Assembly: GCA_964632315.1 (NCBI GenBank)
Contig: CAZWEM010000051.1
Location: forward strand, 1-32,403
Reading direction: 5' to 3'
Origin: an uncultured archaeon
GTDB taxonomy: Archaea > Asgardarchaeota > Lokiarchaeia > Sigyniarchaeales > SOKP01
Length of the DNA stretch: 32,403 nucleotides
Part shown: positions 27,600 through 32,403 of the stretch, one piece after another
Numbering within the stretch: the first letter of the stretch is position 1
Layout: each line of letters begins with the position of its first letter
The notes under the pieces: generated by a model
What the model was told of the DNA's origin: nothing
Databases searched by the model: none
The model's input: only the letters and a program-made list of their open reading frames with translations
Made by a program: the position numbers and the translations under genes

Positions 27600-28739
27600 T
27601 TAATTTTCATCATAACCAACAGCTATTTCAGTAAATATGTTAGCGATTTCTACAAATATTGGAATTTCAACTCTAACTAGTTCACCTAAAATCCATTTAT
27701 TAACATCTTTAAGTAGGAATCTAATTTGATTGTGAATTTTTTTATTGATCTCAGAATCAATAATTTTTGATAGCCATAGACCTCCCCCTAATCTATACGC
27801 TATAATTTTTATTAAAGGCTCAAAAAGAGGTTCTAAAACTTGTTTCATCATCCAAGATTTAGGAATAACGCTCATCGAACCTTGATCAAATGCAGGTTCG
27901 TTTAAAATAGGATTTGTTTCATCTAAATTCAATTTCGGCATGAAGCTTAAGAGTAATATTAAAGCAAAGATAGCACTTATACCATTTACCGTATACGCAC
28001 CCCCAATTTTATCGAGATCATCAAAATTTACAGCGATATTTGCTAAAAACATACATATAAATACATTTCTATCAAAAGATTCAGAAACATATGCATATCC
28101 TAATTTATCATCTAAAATTAGATACTTTTCTTGCAATATTTTAATAATCTCATCTGGAAACGTATAAAAAGTGTAGGTTTTTTCTTCACTTCTTCTCACA
28201 TCCTTATTTATAATCAATTCTCTGGATACTAAACCAAACATATTTACCAGTTCATCCAATTGTTTCTTAATATAATGTCTGGGTTTGTTCGGATCTCCAA
28301 ACATTGCATAAAATTGATAATCAACTATATGAAAATCGTTTCTCTTACTAAATGCTTCCACCATGCGGTCGATTATTGGTGCTTGAGATCCAGTAGCTAT
28401 TGCTTTTACTTTAGAAGTTACAAATCCGTTTAATAATTCATTAATGATGAAATCTTGCTCATGAGTGCGTGATTTCAATATACTTTCGAATGCACGAGCA
28501 AAATTTTTTGTGCTTGGGAAAAAAGCATTTTGAATTTTTTCGTTAATTGCTTTTATGAATAAAGCGCCGTCATTTTGAGGAAAATATTGTTTTATATTCT
28601 CTAATCTTTGAATTAAAGCATTTTTAGCTCCAGGGATATTTTCTACATCACGATCTTTAACTTTTTCGATAGCAATGCTTAATCCCTTTTCAAAGGATAT
28701 CAATAATTCATTCCAAGTTCGATTTTTTCTTTCAATCAT
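27600..28739 (-). CDS. Hypothetical protein (379 aa)
   Basis: Long ORF with ATG, 19-nt gaps on both sides; no motif recognised. Confidence 0.8.
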   Translation of the reverse strand: MIERKNRTWNELLISFEKGLSIAIEKVKDRDVENIPGAKNALIQRLENIKQYFPQNDGALFIKAINEKIQNAFFPSTKNFARAFESILKSRTHEQDFIINELLNGFVTSKVKAIATGSQAPIIDRMVEAFSKRNDFHIVDYQFYAMFGDPNKPRHYIKKQLDELVNMFGLVSRELIINKDVRRSEEKTYTFYTFPDEIIKILQEKYLILDDKLGYAYVSESFDRNVFICMFLANIAVNFDDLDKIGGAYTVNGISAIFALILLLSFMPKLNLDETNPILNEPAFDQGSMSVIPKSWMMKQVLEPLFEPLIKIIAYRLGGGLWLSKIIDSEINKKIHNQIRFLLKDVNKWILGELVRVEIPIFVEIANIFTEIAVGYDEN

Positions 28740-28758
28740 CTAAAATCATTCTATTGTA

Positions 28759-29721
28759 TCATTTTTCCCATTTTAGATCATTAGCTATTTTTTTTAACGC
28801 TTCTATTAAAGGTTTGAGTATTTCTTTATCATAAATGTTTGGTGAAGATACTCCCCTTTGACTTTTCCAACCCATTTGAGTATTCATTCCCATTTCTCTT
28901 TGACCATATTTGATGAGATTACTAAAATCTCGATTCCACCAATAAAAACGTAGCCATCTTTTGCTTTCTACACCTTTAGTATAAATAACCACGATTGCTT
29001 TCCATTCTCCAACCAGCCATTTAACTGTTATCCCACTTACGGGTAAATAAAAGTTGATTGGAAAATTAGTTTGAAATCTTAAATCCAAATCCTTAGGATC
29101 GATATTAAAAATGGGTTGGTTATAACCCTCTAAAATTACAATTTCTGAACAATGTTGGCAAATATAATGAGATTTATGTTTTTCCATTTTCTGTTGACAG
29201 TTAGGACAAGTTCGATTTTCTATGATCCGAGCTTTAATAATTTCTATTTTCTTTTCTTTTTCCCTTTCCTCTTCAGTCTTTACTTTTTTTGCTCCAAATT
29301 TTCCTTTCCAGTTCCATTGATCATCAAAAGATTCATCTATTTTTTCAAGTGCATTAATGGTATTTTGAAGTACAATTCGGTTATAGATTTTAAACATGCC
29401 AGCGTGTTGATAGGTTTTCCACCAAGAAATTCTAACGTATTTTTCCTCTTTTAAAATTGAACTATGGCAAATCAAAACTGCTAGAACTCTCGTATTTGTT
29501 GAATGAACTACAATCCCTTTCTCACAAATTTCGTAATCTTTGTTTAGTGATAATTTGGTATGAAAATATTCTCCATCCTTAAGACCAGATGAATCTTCCT
29601 TTTCTTCTAAGACCTCAGATTTAGATTCGCTTTTCTGCTTTAGAATTTTCCTGCATCGAGGACATTGATATATGCCTTCGACCAAGGGCTCCATCTCTAT
29701 ATTACATGCAGGACAAATCAT
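28759..29721 (-). CDS. Protein with two tandem [Zn ribbon + beta-rich, possibly PC4-like] units
   Basis: CPAC..CPRC and CPNC..CQHC ribbons, followed by YVRISWW..KIYN..NTINALEKI and WLRFYWW..NIYD..PLIEALKKI respectively. Confidence 0.75.
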   Translation of the reverse strand: MICPACNIEMEPLVEGIYQCPRCRKILKQKSESKSEVLEEKEDSSGLKDGEYFHTKLSLNKDYEICEKGIVVHSTNTRVLAVLICHSSILKEEKYVRISWWKTYQHAGMFKIYNRIVLQNTINALEKIDESFDDQWNWKGKFGAKKVKTEEEREKEKKIEIIKARIIENRTCPNCQQKMEKHKSHYICQHCSEIVILEGYNQPIFNIDPKDLDLRFQTNFPINFYLPVSGITVKWLVGEWKAIVVIYTKGVESKRWLRFYWWNRDFSNLIKYGQREMGMNTQMGWKSQRGVSSPNIYDKEILKPLIEALKKIANDLKWEK

Positions 29722-29723
29722 TT

Positions 29724-30824
29724 CTATTCTTCACTACTGGTAATTAATAATCGTTCGAAATCTAAATTAAGTAAACGTAAATCTTTCTTGTTAAAGTTTG
29801 ATATTTGTTCGTTTATCTCTATTATCTTTTCTCTCAGATCAATAAGATCGTTTTGTATATTATTGACAATATTATCTTCATTAAATGATACTTTTTCTAT
29901 AAAGGCGAGATAAGTATTCTTTTTATTTTTTCCAGTGTAATAATTCCTCAAGATGTCTATTTCTTTTTTGATATCGTGAAATCTTGCTCGTGCCTTTAAC
30001 AATAAATTCATAGTAGAATACCACTTATTAAATAAACTGTGATTTTTATCCACTTTATCATAATTAAATTTCTCAGATAATTTGATTTTCTCATCTTTAA
30101 GGTAACTTATAATCTCTCTATCTTCTTCTATCGCATTTTTAATTTTTTTCATCGTGGGTTTTGAATTTAATAAGGGATCAAATATTTCAATATGTTGGTT
30201 AAGTTTTTCTTCTATTTCATTATACCTCTCAAAAAAACCCTCAATTGTATGTTCAATTTTAATTGCTTGAAAAATATTTCCAAACTGGTCCAATATGTAA
30301 TAGAGATCATCCGATATAGTATAATCATGTTCACCTATCTCATAAAGAAAGGAATGTATGATATTTGATTTTTGACAGCTAACTCCCTTTAACTTTGTAA
30401 GAGCCAAGTTAAAATCTCTTCTCATTATCGATTTAAACTTTTTAGTTATGAAAAGAAAAAGAGTGTCAGCAGGTACAGAAACAACTTTATTTTCAATTGT
30501 GATTGTTTCTTCACCTAATTTCAAAAGAAAATCTCCAGCTTTTTGTTCAAATTCTCTTAAACTTCGAATATTTTTGAATAGACCTAAGTCAATAGCAATA
30601 TTAGTAAATTCTTTATCCCAGAACTTAATAACATTATCTTTATATATTTCATCAAGTATCAAGACTCTTTCATATGAATCTAGAAGATTTGGATTGTTTA
30701 GATCATCAAATAAGTCATTACGAATTATGTATAAAAACAAAATTATATATCTCATATCTATATCTTCAAGGATTTTATTTATCAAATCCTCATCTTCATC
30801 TAATGATAAGTTCTGATGTTCCAT
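29724..30824 (-). CDS. Hypothetical protein, probable N-terminal winged helix plus helical/coiled-coil C-half
   Basis: TLFLFITKKF..RRDFNLALTKL..FLYEIGEHDYTISDDLYYIL WH-like pattern; heptad-rich C-terminus; first gene of the operon. Confidence 0.75.
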   Translation of the reverse strand: MEHQNLSLDEDEDLINKILEDIDMRYIILFLYIIRNDLFDDLNNPNLLDSYERVLILDEIYKDNVIKFWDKEFTNIAIDLGLFKNIRSLREFEQKAGDFLLKLGEETITIENKVVSVPADTLFLFITKKFKSIMRRDFNLALTKLKGVSCQKSNIIHSFLYEIGEHDYTISDDLYYILDQFGNIFQAIKIEHTIEGFFERYNEIEEKLNQHIEIFDPLLNSKPTMKKIKNAIEEDREIISYLKDEKIKLSEKFNYDKVDKNHSLFNKWYSTMNLLLKARARFHDIKKEIDILRNYYTGKNKKNTYLAFIEKVSFNEDNIVNNIQNDLIDLREKIIEINEQISNFNKKDLRLLNLDFERLLITSSEE

Positions 30825-31018
30825 ACCTATTATCCACTCTCTAGAATATTAGTATTAGTATTTTCATTCAAAAAAAGTAATTAACGTAATTCATTATTAC
30901 TAAAAAATTTTTCGCTTTCCTCAATTGTAGGGGGTTAAAAAGCTAAAATTTTTTAGTTTTGCTTTCTTCTAATTTAATGTACTAATTTTATAAGAATAAC
31001 TATATATTAGGATTTTCA

Positions 31019-31594
31019 ATGGGAAGAAGAAAAAGAAAACAACAAACCTATAAACGAGTAAAAAGAGTTCCGAAGATCTTTACATGTCCATCTTGTGGAG
31101 AGAAATCTGTAAAAGTGGAAAATATAAGACGATCAGCAATTGCTACAGTTAAATGTGGTTATTGTGGATTAACAAAAGATGTAATAGTAAATTCTATATC
31201 TGAACCCGTGGATGCTTTTGGAGATTTTATCGATATATATTATGCGGATCAAGAATTACAGAGATTAGAAAAAAGAATATCAAAATTAAAGAAGGAAGGT
31301 GAATGGGGTGAACTGGCGTTATCATATTCAATTTTATCCGATATATGTCGTGCCAAAGCTGCAGAAGCCTTGGATGAGGATGAACCTGATATAGATGAAG
31401 CAAATGAATGGAAACTTAAATCTGAGCAATATAAGCGATTAGAAAAAGATGCTTTAATTCAGCTTGATACCTTAGAATTAGAAAAAGGTATAAAGACTGA
31501 TGAAGACTCATTATTTGATGAAACTGATGGAAAAGTTAAACGGGAAAAAAAAATAGATGATATTTTTGATGATCCAGGTTTTTTAGAATTTTAA
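31019..31594 (+). CDS. elf1: Transcription elongation factor Elf1 with long C-terminal extension
   Basis: MGRRKRK, FTCPSC..CGYCGL, EPVDAFGDFID Elf1 core in the first about 75 aa. Confidence 0.9.
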   Translation: MGRRKRKQQTYKRVKRVPKIFTCPSCGEKSVKVENIRRSAIATVKCGYCGLTKDVIVNSISEPVDAFGDFIDIYYADQELQRLEKRISKLKKEGEWGELALSYSILSDICRAKAAEALDEDEPDIDEANEWKLKSEQYKRLEKDALIQLDTLELEKGIKTDEDSLFDETDGKVKREKKIDDIFDDPGFLEF

Positions 31595-31600
31595 AATATT

Positions 31601-32350
31601 TTAGCGATTTAAGATTTCTTTCTTAAGATCATCTGGAATATGTTTCCAAATGGGAAGGTTTAAAGCGAAGTTAAAAAATTCTTTTAAGTTGAATTTCTTA
31701 TGATATATGAAAAAACTCCAGTTATTAAAAGCTAATTTATTAAATAGCTGCATTAAATTAACTCCAATCGGATTTAGCCGTGAAGTTAAAAATCTGGCGA
31801 TATATGACCAGAATTTCTTGGATTGAGGACTTGCTTCTGGATACACCGATTCAGCTAAAGGTCTATGTAGAATCTCATATATAGAAAATATAGGAATTAA
31901 CTCATTAACATATTTGCTTATTTTCTTAACTTTATTTTCATCATTAGCGATCAGAGATATTTCATTTAATTTCCTTAAAGCAAAATTTAATTGGCGTTCC
32001 TTGAAATATAACCACATTTTCGCCATATCGTCTCTGAGATCGTCAATGCACTCAATAATAGATTCCTCTTCAAACTTGAACCCTTTTTTTTGTTCAAAAT
32101 ATGAAATGTAAAGATGAAAAATAGAATCAATAGTTTCTTCATTTTTCATCAATTCTTTAGTGAACTTAAGTTCTTTTTTAATCGGTTTATGTATCGTGTG
32201 AGTAAACAAGGGGGTGATCCATATTAACTTCAGTATATCTCTCATTAGCTGAATTGAAAATTCAATTTCAGAAAGGTTAGAGTCACCAAATTTGGATATG
32301 GGTTTCAGATGAAATTGTTCAGAGAATTTAAATCCTAAATAAAATTTCAA
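31601..32350 (-). CDS. Hypothetical protein (249 aa)
   Basis: Long ORF convergent on elf1 with a 6-nt gap; TTG start uncertain; no motif recognised. Confidence 0.7.
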   Translation of the reverse strand: MKFYLGFKFSEQFHLKPISKFGDSNLSEIEFSIQLMRDILKLIWITPLFTHTIHKPIKKELKFTKELMKNEETIDSIFHLYISYFEQKKGFKFEEESIIECIDDLRDDMAKMWLYFKERQLNFALRKLNEISLIANDENKVKKISKYVNELIPIFSIYEILHRPLAESVYPEASPQSKKFWSYIARFLTSRLNPIGVNLMQLFNKLAFNNWSFFIYHKKFNLKEFFNFALNLPIWKHIPDDLKKEILNR

Positions 32351-32403
32351 TCTGTTCCAGAAGTTTATTTGATTTAGTAATTCTTTCTTTTTTCTCTTGG
32401 TTT

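Noticed and set aside
21967-30824. Canonical Wadjet, MukBEF or Mre11-Rad50 system
   Set aside because: The SMC-like protein is short with no intact Walker motifs, and no Toprim (JetD) or Mre11 phosphoesterase motifs were seen.
1-32403. CRISPR arrays, tRNA or rRNA genes
   Set aside because: No regularly spaced repeats or GC-rich structured segments seen; intergenic gaps are short and AT-rich.

Overview
AT-rich archaeal chromosome segment, most consistent with an Asgard archaeon of the Lokiarchaeia type. Supporting markers are gatDE, archaeal-type SAM synthetase, Nop5/fibrillarin, SmAP3, Elf1 and a Loki-type LRR protein. The left half is largely housekeeping: a frameshifted radical SAM 3' end, LRR protein, rpl2, gatD, gatE, elp3, pyrK/pyrD, nop5, fibrillarin, rnhB, two HTH regulators and mat. 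The right half has three unusual blocks. (1) 15987-18526: a LITAF-like Zn/membrane protein next to two AN1-zinc-finger intramembrane protease-fold genes, one an intact M50 peptidase and one a rhomboid lacking its catalytic Ser/His. (2) 18987-21458: a GIY-YIG nuclease gene flanked by two diverged copies of the hypB 3' end, i.e. an apparent intron-less homing-type element that inserted in hypB and supplied a replacement C-terminus. (3) 21967-30824: a tightly packed 8-gene minus-strand operon with a KITE-like tandem winged-helix protein, a hinge-less SMC/Rad50-like protein with degenerate ATPase motifs, an intact AAA+ ATPase, a duplicated Zn-ribbon/PC4-like protein and several unknowns, divergent from an extended Elf1. 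No tRNA, rRNA, CRISPR array, integrase or transposase was recognised. All family calls come from motif recognition by eye; no searches were run.
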